Shown: positions 25,701 to 40,700 of the stretch, in pieces
How positions within the stretch are numbered: position 1 is the stretch's first letter
Layout of the letters: each line of letters begins with the position of its first letter
From: Octopus vulgaris
Taxonomy: Eukaryota
Direction of reading: 5' to 3'
Assembly: GCA_951406725.2 (NCBI GenBank)
Contig: OX597816.1
Span: 106,516,001-106,580,000, forward strand
DNA: 64,000 nt
Position numbers and translations under genes: made by a program
Notes under the pieces: model-generated
What the model was told of the DNA's origin: nothing
The model's database searches: none
Seen by the model: only the letters and a program-made list of their open reading frames with translations

Positions 25701-28700
25701 ACTACCAGTAATCTCCTCTCGCATACGTATTCCTGATCGACAGTCACATGTGGTCTCTTTCTCACAACCAAACCTAGCCTTTGCCAACTTATTCACCTTA
25801 TAAACACCTATCAGATCGTCCACCTATGCTTAATCACGACTATTCGCCACCTACCCACTTACTATGCACCCCCACTTTGGATCTTTGGTATTTCAAGTTG
25901 GCTACCCTGTCTGAGCTCCTTCAGTTTTACCGTTAACAAACGTTGGCAAGCAAAATACCGTCCCAAATCTCTCACGTGGACTTGTAGCTGCAATACGTGC
26001 AATAAATAGACAAAGAACAAGGCCTATAACGTCTGAGAAAAATTGCCCACTTTTACATAGAGGGGTTTTATCTACCACTGTTAATTCCTGTGTCTTCATT
26101 CATCGCACAAAGTACAAGCTCCCGAAACGACTGTCGATTCTTTTGGCTCCTTGTCAAAGGATTTCCAGCGACTTTACGGATTTTGCCCAGCTTTCATTCT
26201 TCAATTATCTAAACCACTACTCTCGACTAGGAAGTCTTTTTTTTTTCCCGCCAGCTTTGAGTTCGATTCTACACTGTATACACTAGACAGACCTCAAACT
26301 TTCTTCACTCTACCATGCTTACTGCAACATATACTAGCAAATGCCAAATGCAAGAATATCTTCAGTTACTTCAAACCATCAAAGCTGCTCTTTCCATTTC
26401 TGTAAAACAATGTATCTAAAGCTAGCCTCTTTCTTTGCTCTATCTGTGCATGGCTCAATATTTAGAGTGTTATGCTCACAATCATGAGGTTATAATTTCG
26501 ATTTCCAGACCGTGCTGTGTGTTGTGTTCTTGAGCAAGACACTTTATTTCATGTTGTTCCAATTCACTCAGCTGAAAAAATGAGTTGCGACGTCACTGGT
26601 GCCAAGCTGTATCAGCCTTTGCCTTTCCTTTGGATAACACTGGTGGACAGGGGAGGCTCGTATGCATAGGCGAGTGCTTGTCTTCCATAAACAGCCTTGC
26701 TCAGACTTGTGCCTCGGAGGGTAACTTTCTAGGTGCAATCTCATAGTCATTCATGGCTGAAGGGGGTCTTTACTCTTTATCTTTGCCAAACGCTTCGATA
26801 TCTCTGCAGTGATCTATCCCAAGTTTTCAAGATATGCAGGTGTGTACCATTCCTGAGAAGAGCAATTGCTCTGATTCTGTCAACCATTGATCTATAGCTC
26901 TCACTTCCAAAAGTTTGAATGAAGCAATTGTTAATAATTATCTTCTCAAATATCTTCAGTCTCTCTCTCCTTCACTGATTACTACCAATATATCTTCCAT
27001 AAAACTAGAGCTACTGGAGATCTGCTTTCCTACATCACTAGTTGGCTCTTGCTTTTCAGAAATTTGGCAAAATTAATATTGTGATTTACCTCAACAAAGC
27101 CTTTGGCAGTGTCAGGCAAATCTCTTAGCAAGGCTGCTTGCTTATAGGTTCCATATGTTTCTATCTCTTTGATAGGAAGTACTTCCTTTGAGATAGTACT
27201 CTCATAGTGTGTATTGCTGAAATTTTCTTTGGACCACACTCTGTGTGTGTGTGTGTGTGTGTGTGCCCAGGTTTGGTTATGTTACTCAAACTCTTCATTC
27301 CTTACTTAAATAATCAAGTTACCAATATCTTCAACAAAGACCAGCCTTTTCAGAAATCATCCTCATCCCTAACTTCTGCTCGCTGACTCCTTCCATATGC
27401 AACCATGCCAACTCATGCTAAACTAGTTCTACTTTCATGAACACGTAAACTTTCTCCAATAGGGTCATACCAGTCCTTTCTTTAAATGCACAACAACACA
27501 GTGTACATATCAAGGCAATATCTTATGTAACTCAACTTCTCTAGTCTGAGACAACATACAAGTAAAATTTTGAAAGTCACTAAAAATGCTAGGCTTCACA
27601 ATCTTTAATAATCTGTCCTGGCATTTATCTTTTCATGACATGGTAAAATCTTAATTCCAAAGACTAACCTTGCTTCTTAAAGTCAGAAAATACTCCAGCC
27701 TTGGGTATTTGTTGTCTCTGTAAAACTTAAATCAGATCCAGAGTGAAATACTTCTCCAATATCTGGTGCTGCCACTACTCGTATGAATATTGTAGACCAT
27801 ATCCCTAAAAAGAGCTACATGACTGAAGTTACCAATTGTATTGGTAGAGAAAAGGGAAAGTCTTTTTACCTTTTTGACTAGTTCATAATAGCACATGCCT
27901 GCCAACCCAAGACAAACTACTCTCATCTCCCCAGCTTTCATGGTTCATATTGTTTGATCCCCAGGTCCTGTTCTCACCATTTTCCTCATTTCTTTCACCC
28001 CAGAGCATGAATGCTTTGACAAACTCTCCTTGGTTTCATTGGGGGTGGGGAGTTGCTGCAGAAATCCTGACACTAGTTTATTCTCCTAATTAAGTCATTA
28101 AAAAGAAAAATTATTTAACATATTGATTATTAATCTTTGATAGTAAGAACAGAAAGAAAAATATATTGGATTTGTTGTATTTTGCTATTCAGTATAGTGA
28201 CTCATTATTCTGAGTGTAAGAATCATTGGTAATTGACTTTCTTTCATTATCTAAGGTCAATAAAAAGATGAGTACTAGCAAAGGAGGTGGTGGAATAGAG
28301 GAGTTTTCAAGTGTGGCATTTAACCTACATTCAGTGTGTGTGTGAAAGCAACATCTGCTTTTCGGTTTTGATGTTGTTTACAGTGAAATTTAAATATTAG
28401 TTGAGTCTTTTCAGGTTGTGATTCTCATAAGGTAACAGCACTGTGTCATGTCAATAAGAACTCTTCATAGTCATTTAACTGCTTAGAAACTGCAGCCAAA
28501 TCTCAAATCATATTCCACTGTTTTCAAAGATACAATTGACAAATTGGTCCTTGAATATACAAAATGATAGTCCTCTCTAGGATGTTTTTCATTAAAAAGT
28601 CTGCTCTTTTGATTTCACTTGCCTCAACAGGTCTTTGCAAGCAAAGTTCATTGTCCAGTGATTGAAGGGTATTCATCAGTGGACGGGTTATGGTCTCACT

Positions 28701-31700
28701 TGGCTTGTTGGCTCTTCTCAAGCATAGCATATCTCCAAAAGTCTTGGTCACTAGTTTTCCTGGGTCTACCTCTTCCACAGGATCCCTCAATTGCTAGTGT
28801 GTGACACTTTTTCACACAGCTGTCCTCATCCATTCGCTACACATGACCATACCAGCGCAGTCGTCTCTCTTGCACACCACATCTGATGCTTCTTATGCCC
28901 AACTTTTGTCTCAGGGCGCTTACACTCTGTCATGTACGCACACTGAAATTACACATCCAGCAGAGCATACTGGCTTCGTTCCTTGCAAGCTTACGCATGT
29001 CCTCAGCAGTCACGGCCCATGTTTCACTGCTATGTACCATGGCTGTTCATACACATGCATCATACTGTCTACATTTTACTCTGAGCAAGAGGCCTTTGTC
29101 ACTAGCAGAGGTAGGAGCTCTCTGAACTTCGCCCAGGCTATTCTTCTAGCCGCTACACTTTCAGAGCATCCACCCCTGCTACTGACTTGGTCACCCAGGT
29201 AACGGAAGCTATCAACTACTTGTAGTTTTTCTCCCTGGAATGTGACAGAAGCTGTTCTCTGCACATTTTCAGTGTTTATTGCTCCTGAGCATCTGCCACA
29301 TACAAATTAGCCTTCCTTTGATATTGCTGCACCTCTTATGTGTCCATAGCTTACACTGGGTACATCTTATGGAGTTTCTACCTATGCCTTTTCTACAGAT
29401 CGAGCAGGGCCATCTACCTGAAGGGATTTGTGGTTTGTCTGCCTTCTTACTTTAAAGACTGGTTTTAGCTAGGTTGACTCTAGAATATGTACCGCCCGCC
29501 GTAGCTAAGGCCCTTTGATTCTAATCCTTGCTTCTAACCTGAAACTTTTCCTCTAGTTCTGATAGTGACTCAGCAATTAGAGCAAGGTCATCAGCATAGA
29601 GGAGCTTCCAAGGGCATCATGTCTTGAATTCCTCTTTTATTGCTTGGAAACTATGATGAATAAGAGGGGGCTGAGGACTGATCCTTGATGGACCCCCACC
29701 CTGTTACACTGTCGAGTTGTATACCAAATTAAAGCTCATGAAATATTTTTATTTTGATATACATCTTAATTCACAATTTACAACTTGAATATTTAAAAAA
29801 TGCCATTTTAATACTAGTATACATGTGTTCTTAAATTAAATGGCTCCACTGTATATATATATATATATTTACATATATACACACACGCATACATATACAC
29901 ATATATGCAGTCCACATAAGCGCATAACTATGGTACAAAGAGGAGAGCAAGCAGAATATACCTATGTGAACAGCTTGGGAAGCAATTTATGTACATTTAT
30001 ATTGAAATGATAGTGGTGGTATGTAGCAGATTTGCAAAAATGGACATTGTGCTTAGAACCTACATGAAAAATAATAGTTCCCACATTGCTAAGCCAACTT
30101 ATAAAAAGTTGTAATATTTAATAGTTATTTGCTAAATGAACTTATGATAAGTTGTAATATTTAATTATTATCTCTGCCTTAGCAAAGGCAGAGGTATTGT
30201 TTTCAGTCGTGTTTGTTTGTTTGTCCGTGGACAAGATAGCTCAAGAACCACTGGATGGATTTGGATTAAACTTTCAAGGATGCTTGACCTCGACTGGCAC
30301 GAACTGATTAGATTTTGGGATCAATCCAGTACTGGACAAAGATTCTGGATTATTTGTTATATTTACTTTACATGATTACAATCTTACGTTGACTTTCAAG
30401 TCTTTCTCAATTACCTTCCTTTAGGCTTTTTCCAAAGATTTATTTTTGTTTCTCAATTATTAAGTTTACTCACGTCTCTATCTTAGGAGAAACTGATGGA
30501 TAAAGAAATCAAACTACATAAACAAACCATAGCAAAACTGTTCAGAAATTAAATAACACTAACATATTTTTATACTATATATACATATAAACACTTTACA
30601 GTATGCTTACATATATACATCGATCTAAAATAACAGGAATACTAAAGTAAGGCCAGAATTTAAGAGAAGAAATAGCCAAAAGGTCTCATGCTATTCATTT
30701 AAAAATTCCCAAGTAGAACTTATTACCTCTGCCTTTGAAACTATTTTGAATGGTGAATTTGTTAACTTTGGCTTGTATTGGACAAGGATAAACTATTTAT
30801 TACTGTTACTAAATTTTCTACGGCCACCTTCACATTCCATGACTACCATTGGGATCGATCCAGCACCGGACAAGGATTCTGGATTTTTTTTTTTTTTCAC
30901 TTAATTTTTGAGAACAGTCAGATTCGTTTTTAGTTTTCCCATTTGTGAGAGCAGTCGAGTTTATTTCAGATATTCTCATTTTAAAAATCATCTCCAGCTA
31001 ATTGTTGAGAGGATGCTGGTGTTGCCTTGGCTGAAGTTTGCACTCTCTGAGTGCTCTTGTTATTATTATTCATACAATATTTATACACATGTACACTCTT
31101 AGTGGCATATTTATCATATAAGCAATGAGGAGGGACTGAACTACATGATCTTAGTAAGTGATATTATATTTTTTTTATCCTTTTACTTGTTTCAGTCATT
31201 TGCCTGCAGCCATGCTGGAGCACCTATGTATATATATTTATGATGGACTTCTTTCAGTTTCCATCTACCAAATCCATTTGAGGCTTTGATCAGCCTGGGT
31301 CTTTATTAGAAAACACTTATCCTTGGTGCCATGCAGTAGGACTGAACCTGAAACCATATAATTGGGAAGTAAGCTTCTTAATGATGTAGGTTAAAATATG
31401 ATGAGATTTCTATCTCTGAAAATACATCTAGTACAAGCTCTGTTAGATTTTTTATGTGAGAATTAGATACTCTGTTCTGAAGTTGAATTACTTTACTTGC
31501 AAAATCTTGTTACAATAACTTATTTTATCTATTGATGATAATTAAAAAAAAATAAAGGTAGGCATGACCCTTTCTGAATTACTCTTCTCATCTTTGATCT
31601 TGTCTTCTCTCCAACTTAATGTTCTCTTTTAAAGACCAGTTGACCAGTGAATTAACTTGAATAATCAATGTTGTATTGAAAAACTGATTAAAACTTTGTG

Positions 31701-34700
31701 TGTATTCCTGTATGGATCAGTTTTTCTTTTAAACATATTACATTGAACAGGCCCTTATAGTTTGTTTGGAAAAAGAAACTTTCTAGATCTTGATGTTCTT
31801 CTTTGCAGGATGACCTGACTGTAGGTGCTGCATATGTGTCTGTTCTTACCATGTTGTAGTAGTTGGATTTGCACTTTGTGACATTCTTGTTGACCCTTTT
31901 CCCTCCTCCTCCAATGCTTTCAGTTGGTTGCTGGGTTTTCTAACATTCTTCTTGTTCTTTGTCATGCACTATTTAACCCTCTGTCAAATTCTCTAAATTC
32001 TGCTCCACACTGTTTTTTGTTCTCTGGTTCATGATAGGCCTTGCTAAGCTAAATGATCTTATCTTCATGCCGTTCTTGTTGCAATCAACATCAGAAAAGT
32101 ATTCATTAGTGTCTAGTGTGAATATCTCTTTGCTAAATTTCCTGCTTATAGGTTCTATCCACCTCTTGGGTTGGAAGCTTCTTGTTAGAGTGCATCATCA
32201 TAGTTTGTGTTTCTGGATCTCTCTCTCTCTCTCTCTCATCCATACTGTGTCACCTTCGGTGTACCTCAATGTTTTGTTTTGTCCCTGACACTTTTTCTCT
32301 TGTACTGTATAACATTAATTCCAACAATACCCAATTTTATGCAAACGATACATTTCATTCCTCCTAACCATCAATACAGAGGTGTCATCTACATCAAACT
32401 TTCAAGCCTGCTGTGTTCAGATACTTCTAATGATATCTTAATTTCTCAAGTGGAATCATATCAAGGAAATACTCTTTTATCCCATAGCAACTTCAATGAC
32501 TTTAGTTGTGTCTTATCCATATCCTTGGATAATGCATCTAAAACTATCAGAGTTACTACACTTAACAATCACTGGTGATCTCTTCAGTCTCTAACTGATT
32601 TTAAATCTCTGTTAATGGAATATTGCCCTCACATGTGGGATGATGGTGGTGTTGCTGTTGTTGCACACATGGACGTCCTAGGCCACATCTAGGAAAAGTG
32701 CTACTCAACTCACTGGTATGAAATCACTTTCCTCTAACCCATGGATGTGCTGTTTCTTTGCTCTGCTGCTTTTCTGCTATTATTATAGTGGCCAATCCTT
32801 CTTTCTCAGAATGTCAGCCATCTGGAATTTTCTCTCTTCATACAAAAGCATCGGATGTCCACCAAAGCTGCTGAGGATCATTAAGTCTTTCCATGATGAC
32901 ATGCAAGGCATCATACAGCACAACGGTTCAACATCAGCCGCCTTCCAAATAAAAAACGGGGTAAAGCAAGGCTGTGTCCTCGCTCCTACATTGTTTGGCA
33001 TCTTCTTCTCACTCTTGCTGTCACATGCCTTTCAGACATCAGATGATGGAGTGTTTCTGCACAGTAGAAGTGACGGGAAACTGTTCAATCTCTCGCGCCT
33101 GCGTGCCAAGACCAAAATCAGAAACGTCCTGATCAAGGAGATGTTATTTGCTGATGATGCCGCTCTGGTAACACACACAGAAGAAGCCCTCCAAAGGCTC
33201 ATTAACTGTTTTGAGCAAGCATGTAACGACTTTGGCTTAGCTATCAGCCTTAAGAAGACCAACATCATGGGCCAGGCTACATCGGACATCCCAAACATAC
33301 ATATTGGAGACCACAGATTACAAGAGGTGGAGAAGTTTACCTATCTGGGCTCTACCGTCACCTACAACCTATCCCTTGACGCTGAGCTCAATATACGCAT
33401 TGGCAAGGCAGCTGCTGCGATGGCCCAACTCTCCAAACGGGCTTGGGACAACAATAAGCTGACCAAGACCACAAAAATGAAGATCTACCAGGCATGTGTA
33501 CTCAGCACTACTGTATGGAAGCGAGACCTGGACGCTATACACACGCCAAGAGCGTCGCCTAAACATCTTTCACCTGCGCTACCTCCGAAAAATCCTCCAC
33601 ATCAAATGGCAGAATCATATCCCCAACAAAGATGTCCTCAGGCAAGCAGGAATACCTATTTCTTTATTACCCACAAGGGGCTAAACATAGAGGAGACAAA
33701 CAAGGACAGACATAGGTATTAAGTCGATTATATCGACCCCAGAGCGTAACTGGTACTTAATTTATCGACCCCGAAAGGATGAAAGGCAAAGTTGACCTCG
33801 GCGGAATTTGAGCTCACAACGTAACGACAGACGAAATACCGCTAAGCATTTCATCCGGCGTGCTGACGTTTCTGCCAGCTCGCCGCAGGAATACCAAGCA
33901 TGTTTGCACTCCTCACACAAAGACGTATGAGATGGCTTGGGCATGTTAGCCGTATGAAAGATGGCAGAATCCCCAAGGACATACTCTACGGAGAGCTTGC
34001 TAGGGGTACTAGGTCTGTGGGTAGACCGATCATATGTTACAAGGATGTTTGCAAAAGGGATATGAAGGCCTGCAACATCAACATTAGCGGTTGGGAGGCA
34101 GTCGCCAGCAACCGTGGAGAATGGCGACGTACAGTAAAAGAGGGTATACAGAGGAGTGACAGAAAGAGAGGAGAAATGGAAAGAAAGGAAGAGACATAAA
34201 CAAGAGACCATGGCACTACAACCATCCAGGAACAGTCTTCGCTACATTTGCAGTACCTGCCAGAGGGAGTGTTTGTCCAGGATAGGACTACACAGCCACA
34301 GCAAGAAATGTAACAGGAAATAAAATATAACAGCCGGACTAGACCTAGAAAAAAAAAAGAAAAAAAAAAAATGCGCAACTCCATTGTCTCCCGAGACAGA
34401 AAGGATGCCAAACAAAAGCATGAAGAGTGGGAGGGGACTTTCTCAATCCCTCAGCCTAATTGCAATTATCTTCTTTCATTTTTCTTTCTTATATTTTCTA
34501 GAAGTGTGTTATAGAACAATCCATTTAGGAAGCACCTTTTTCAAAACAGAACTACAATATAATTACCCAGTTAGTCAATTGTAAAGCAATATTTTGTTGA
34601 TTGCTATGTGGTAAGAAATCTGCTTCCCAACTACATGGTTTTGTGTTCAGTCTCACTGTGTGGAACCTTGATTAAGTATCTTCTATTATAATCCCAGGCT

Positions 34701-37700
34701 GACCAAAGCCTTGTAGATGGAAAATGAAAGAAGCCCATTGTGTGTGTGTGTGTGTGTGTTACTGTCTCTTTGTCTTGGTGATTCATTGCAGTTGTTCCCA
34801 GGGGTAGCTACCTGACACTCCTTCAGTTTCATTGGATCCTCTCCATGTTGCTTTTGGTCTACCACACTTCTGTTTCCCTTGGGATGTCCATTGGAGGGCT
34901 TGCATTGTAATGTTTTCTGCTCTTGATCTGGGTTTTGATAGGTTGCAGGCTCACCTTTCCCAACAAAGCCTTGTTTACGAGCCTGTCTTGTCACCTTTCC
35001 AACAAATTCTTCCTTGGATTCTTTTAAAATAAAATTAACTTTGTGGATAAGACAATATCACAAAAGTTATCTCACACACTTTTTAAATATTAAAGAAGTA
35101 TCTGATAAGGTGAATTTAACTTCAAATGCAAATCATAACAATAACGAAAAATTTGCAATTTTATGAAATATATTGAGCCAGTTTCTAAAGATATTTAATT
35201 ACTTAAGTATGAAGTTCCTGAGATATGTAGATTTTTGGCTGTTGAGTTTGGTGCAAATAACAGAAAATGTGCAGGAAGAATGTAGCTGTTAAATTTTATT
35301 GTTGATGATTTACTGATGTGGATTATTGATTGTTTTAAATCACTAAAATTCCAATATGAGAAGAGTATTGAGCTCTGTTAATTATCTACAACTGAGGGAT
35401 GTTAGTCATATTTTAATTGTTCATGTTTGTGTTAAGTCACTTTTTCTCATATTAAATCTATTTAAACAAGGATGACTAACAACCATCTCAATGACTTCCT
35501 TTGCTTAGCTAAATAGTATATTATGTCAAAATTGCTGGAGATCCACAGTATCAAACTTCAACTTGAGCTCAATAAAATCTGTTATCTAAAAACCTTTTTG
35601 CTTTATTCTCTGTCATTAATTTGAAAACCCACTCATTTATCTAATGTATAATCATCACTACTATCATCATTTTCATGTCCATTTTCCCATACTGGCATGA
35701 GAAATTTGTTGAGACAAATTTAGTACTCCTTTCATAAGTATTTACTATTCCTAACCTGTTTCTAAATTAAATAATATTTCCCTTTCATCCTTCAAACCCA
35801 AACAGCACAATGACAAGACATGTTTTCACAGATTTACAAATGAATGACACCGTGTATGATGGTGACTTTTATTTGCAAACTAGCTGGCCCCATGTCATCA
35901 AAAATGACAGCTAATTGTGGTATTTTATATATAAATAAGGTACAAAATCAAGTTTTTAGTTTAATAATTCTTTTATTACAAAATTTTTTGAGAAAATTCT
36001 CTCCACAACTAACATACCTTGACTGCTTGTTTCCTTCAAAAGAATTTTTAATTTTTCCTTCCTTCTTGTATGACTTAAGGCCACATAAAGCTGGCCGCGA
36101 CTAAATCGGGATAGAATATGGATGGTAAATTAAATTAATACACTCAGCGCCGCCTTGGCTGGCTTCCGTGCCGGTGGCACGTTAAAAGCACCAACCGATT
36201 GTGGCCGATCACAGACACCCCTGGCACCTGTGCCGGTGGCACGTAAAAAGCACCCACTACACTCGCGGAGTGGTTGGCGTTAGGAAGGGCATCCAGCTGT
36301 AGAAACACTGCCAGATCAGACTGGAGCCTGGTGCAGCCCCTGGCTTCCCAGACCCCGGTCGAACCGTCCAACCCGTGCTAGCGCGGAAAACGGACGTTAA
36401 ACGATGATGATGATAATCAATGTTATCTAGTGGTTTTCCTTTGAGATGTGACATTGATCATTGTTTCTGAAACAACGCTGATTCACACCACAAACATTTA
36501 CATACTTCCCTTGTACACATACATATACTCACACATAGTTGAAACGCTGTTTGATTTTTCTTTTCAGTGTTGAATGTTCACCGTCCCACTTCCATTCACA
36601 TACCTCCCTTTTACATACACACACACATATACTCACACAGAGATGAAACGCTGTTTGATTTTTTCTTACTGTATAATTTCCATCATCCCACTACCAAGTT
36701 TGCCATCACCTCTTCCTTCCTTATTCATCTATCACCTCTTCCTTTCTCATTCATATGTTGTGACAGAGAAAAACATAAGCGTATTATTATAATAGATGCC
36801 CAAGGTGTCATGCAGCACAACTGAACCCAGAACTATATGGTTGCCAATCAAATTTCTTAACCACAAAGCCATGCTTGCACATGCATGCATCATTGTCAGT
36901 TACATCTGCTTTCTATGCTGGCATGAGTTAGACATTTTGTTATGGCTCTCCTAGATGGGTCAGTGGAGCAGCACATCTTGCTCATTAGTTTCATTTTTGG
37001 TTTGATTTCTGTGGATGGATGTTCTTCCCAATACTAACTACTTTGCAGTGTACAAGATGGTATCAAAAGGTTCCTGGACTATTTAGGTGTGATAAAAAAT
37101 AACTTATTTACCTAAGTTTTAACATCTCCTTTGAAATAGTCACTTTTGGAATCTGGCCTAGGTGTCGTTTTCTATAGGCAAGTGAAGACCTTTTGTGATT
37201 TGCTTTAAATCTCGGCAGCAGTGTTAAAATGGTGACCTTTGAGCTGCATTATCATATTGGGGAAGAGATGGAAGTCCACAGGTGCTAAGTATGAATAGGG
37301 CAGGTGTGAAAGTGATATCTTGTTGGTTTTGGCGAGAAACTCATGAGTGAGGCGAGCTCAGCGACAGGGTGCATTGTCATTATGAAGAATCCAATTCTTC
37401 ATTCTCCACAGATCCGGTCACTTTCACCAAATGTCCTCCCTCAAATGCTTCAAAATCTCACAGTAGAACTCTCAATTGATGGTCTGGCCTGGAGGACAAA
37501 TTCTCAATGAACAATACACATTTCCAGGGATGACACTCATGGCAGCTTTTCCAGGTTTTCACTCATTGTCTTTCAGGAATATTCTTTCACTTTGAAGCAC
37601 CTGTGCCACTCGAAACCTTGCATACGACCTGTTGCCTCATCACTGTAAACTTGCTGAAGCATGATCAATGTCTTTGTAGTGGACTTCTGAAGTTGAATGC

Positions 37701-40700
37701 AAAATTTCTCATTGGCTCTTTGTTCTATCCATGACAAAATTGCAGACTGTAGCATACTCATGATCACAAAAACACAAATTTCACAACTTGCGAAGTAAAC
37801 ACAGTGATGTCACTTGGCACACTGCCTCATGAAAGTCACTGCTAGCTTTCACTGCACACGCAATCATGTGATGAATCTTCTCATGCAATGTGTCAGAAAT
37901 CAGTGTGGTCTTTTGTCACTTCTTCTGAGATACAACAGCTTCAGATCTGACTACACTAATTTGTGACAACTCCTCCTTGGTCTCCATCTTCCACAGGTTC
38001 CATTCATTCCAGGTATGGGGTCTTGGGTTTACTCCTGGCTAAATACTATTCCTGCAGCCATCATATTAGGAAGATGGCATCAGTAGGACTTCTTCTTGTC
38101 ACAAAACTAAACTGCATCACCCTAATCAATTGCACTGTAAGTCTTGGTTAAATTCACATCTGATTGAACTGTTTATTACTTCTGTATTTGCTTCTATCTA
38201 GTGCTAGTGCATCTCCTTTGCTCTCATAGCAGTTAATGATGATGATGGCAACTATTGATTGCCATGCAAATAAGAAGTAACTTACAAGTTTCTAAAGGCT
38301 GGATATATTTGCTCTACGATATCACTCAGCCTGCTAGAAATAGCAGGTGAGTCTCCCTCATACATCATGTTTGGAATATATTTAATGAACCAAGACATTT
38401 GAATTAAAATTACACCTATAGTGAGGAGAAAACAATCATTAGCAAAGTGATTAATTCTGGGCAAGAAAGACATAGTAAGACAACTTACAAAGTTTTAATT
38501 AAGAAATAGAATCATCATCATCATCATCGTTTAACGTTGATGATGATGTAGTAAGAAAATGAGCCTGAACTTTGTTCTGTGATAACTTGACGTTTTGACC
38601 CTAACCCTAACCCAAGATGACTGAGAGATATTTAACTGTAACTGTTTAAGTTTACACCTTGAAAATTTAGCCAACCTCCACTGAGCTTACATCATTCTGA
38701 TATATGTTTATAGACAGTTTCTTGGTCATATCAAATCACATATTCAAATCCCCAATATATTGTCAGACTGAAAGAATCAGCTAAATTATAAACAATAATG
38801 TGATAGATAATGAGTTTTATTCTAGCTTACCATAGGATACATACAGATACAGAGGCTAGAACCAATAATCATTGTGAATTCTAGAGCAAACTCATGGGTT
38901 TAAATGATAAGAACTAAGGCTCCTTTACTCCCAGACCTGGTCTTATAGTGTACTGATTCTTACTCCTTTAGAATATCAAGGAGTTAAAAGCAGAAACATG
39001 ACTTTGAAGTCTGACAGACATTCAGTCCTTTTGATGGCCTCTGCTGCTCAGCTATTGTATAAGTTTGCTGTCTCATAGTTATTCTGCATATCTGATGTTT
39101 ATATCAATAACTGTCAGCTGTGTAAATCTCTGTTTAGTCATGTCAAGCACCAGATGGTCAGAGGGCTGTTGTTTAACTTCAGATCAGCTGTGATAGTGCA
39201 GACATATAGCCTACAGATAGTTGGACAAATGTCTTGAAGTGATCTTATTGTTGAAGATATAGCACATCTCCAACTAGTTGTGGTCTTTTGTGTGCATTCT
39301 ATACACTGTCAACATGTAGTTATTCATAGAGTCAGGGTGTCAGTCTGAATACCTTGCATTCTCTCTATTGTCTAGTTTATTTCTATATGCCTGTTGTGTT
39401 GTTGTTGTTTAGCCTCTTATAAAACAGGACTATGACCAAAAACATTCAAGTTGAGGGCGGGCTTATGATTCAGTCATTTCAGTTAGGACCTTTATATAAT
39501 TTTGTTTACCAAATGCAAAGATCACATTATGCAATGTACTCAACCTTTTTTTTTTTCTTTAAGCTGGTAGATTTAGCTATTATTTTTAGCAGGTTGAGTG
39601 ACCACATAGAAGATGCTTTGTTGACTCAAGGAGTAAATGTATTTGTTAAATTTGTTTTGGGATAAGTTTCCTCATTGATTGTTTCACATAGTGCAGTTAC
39701 ATCTGGAAAATGTTGGGAGGATATGAGTGTGATACCATCTTTGTATGAGGTTGTGTATACTTTGTGAAATAGTGGAAAGATTGCATATGTTAAAAATACT
39801 AAGTGAAATGAAGGATTTTTGTAGTAATCCATTTATGAAAGTGCAAATTATAGACTTGTTCTTTTTATGGAAAGGCATGGCCACTTGTAGGATAGTTTGC
39901 TAGCTAGTATTTTGTGCTGTTTCTAAAAGTGTCAAGCATATTCAGTGTAGGTGGATAGTAGGAATAGTTGAAAAACTTTGCTGATATCAATGACAGAATG
40001 GTAAATATGTACTGTATGTAATGTTGGAAAGAGAGGAATTTGTAGTTTAGTGATGAGGAGGATTGATTTTTATGGAATTTCTGAGGGTACATATAGGGAT
40101 GGATGATACTACTTCAGTCAGGTTTTTGTTGAGCTTTAAAATTGCGAGGATGTTATCCAGTTTTCTAATTATGGGAATCTGGCAATGTTGGTATGAGAAG
40201 TTGTTGCTATTAGTAAGTTCAATAATTCCTTCTGGCCCTGAGGTTTTTAAGTTTTTTTTTTTTTCTCACAGCATTCCTGGTGCCTCATAGAAAGAAGAGG
40301 TCAGAATTATAATCCAGATAGAAAATATGATGGGCTATAGATGTGACATAGATGGTTGTTAGTCTTTTGTTGCTTTGTGAATATTTATCTTGGTGTGGTT
40401 GTGGAGAGGATACTAAAATATATACCAATAAGATGCTGATTTCAATTCAATACATTGTCCTCTCTTTTTTAAAGAATGCCTTGTGCAAGTGAAAAAAGAA
40501 AAGATTGTCGAAGATGGTAGATAGCTATGCTACCAATAAGCCCAGTCATTGAAAAATAATGTCATAGCATAATGATTTAAATGCAAAAATGCTTGAAAGG
40601 TTTTTAAACCCTGATGAGTGTTTCACATTTTGTTTGTTACTCAGATATCAAAGCATTGTATACTATTGAGTATGGGCACTTAAATCAAACGAACAATTTT

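Noticed and set aside
38598-38614. Interstitial telomeric repeat (CCCTAA)2
   Set aside because: Only about 2.5 units, compatible with chance.
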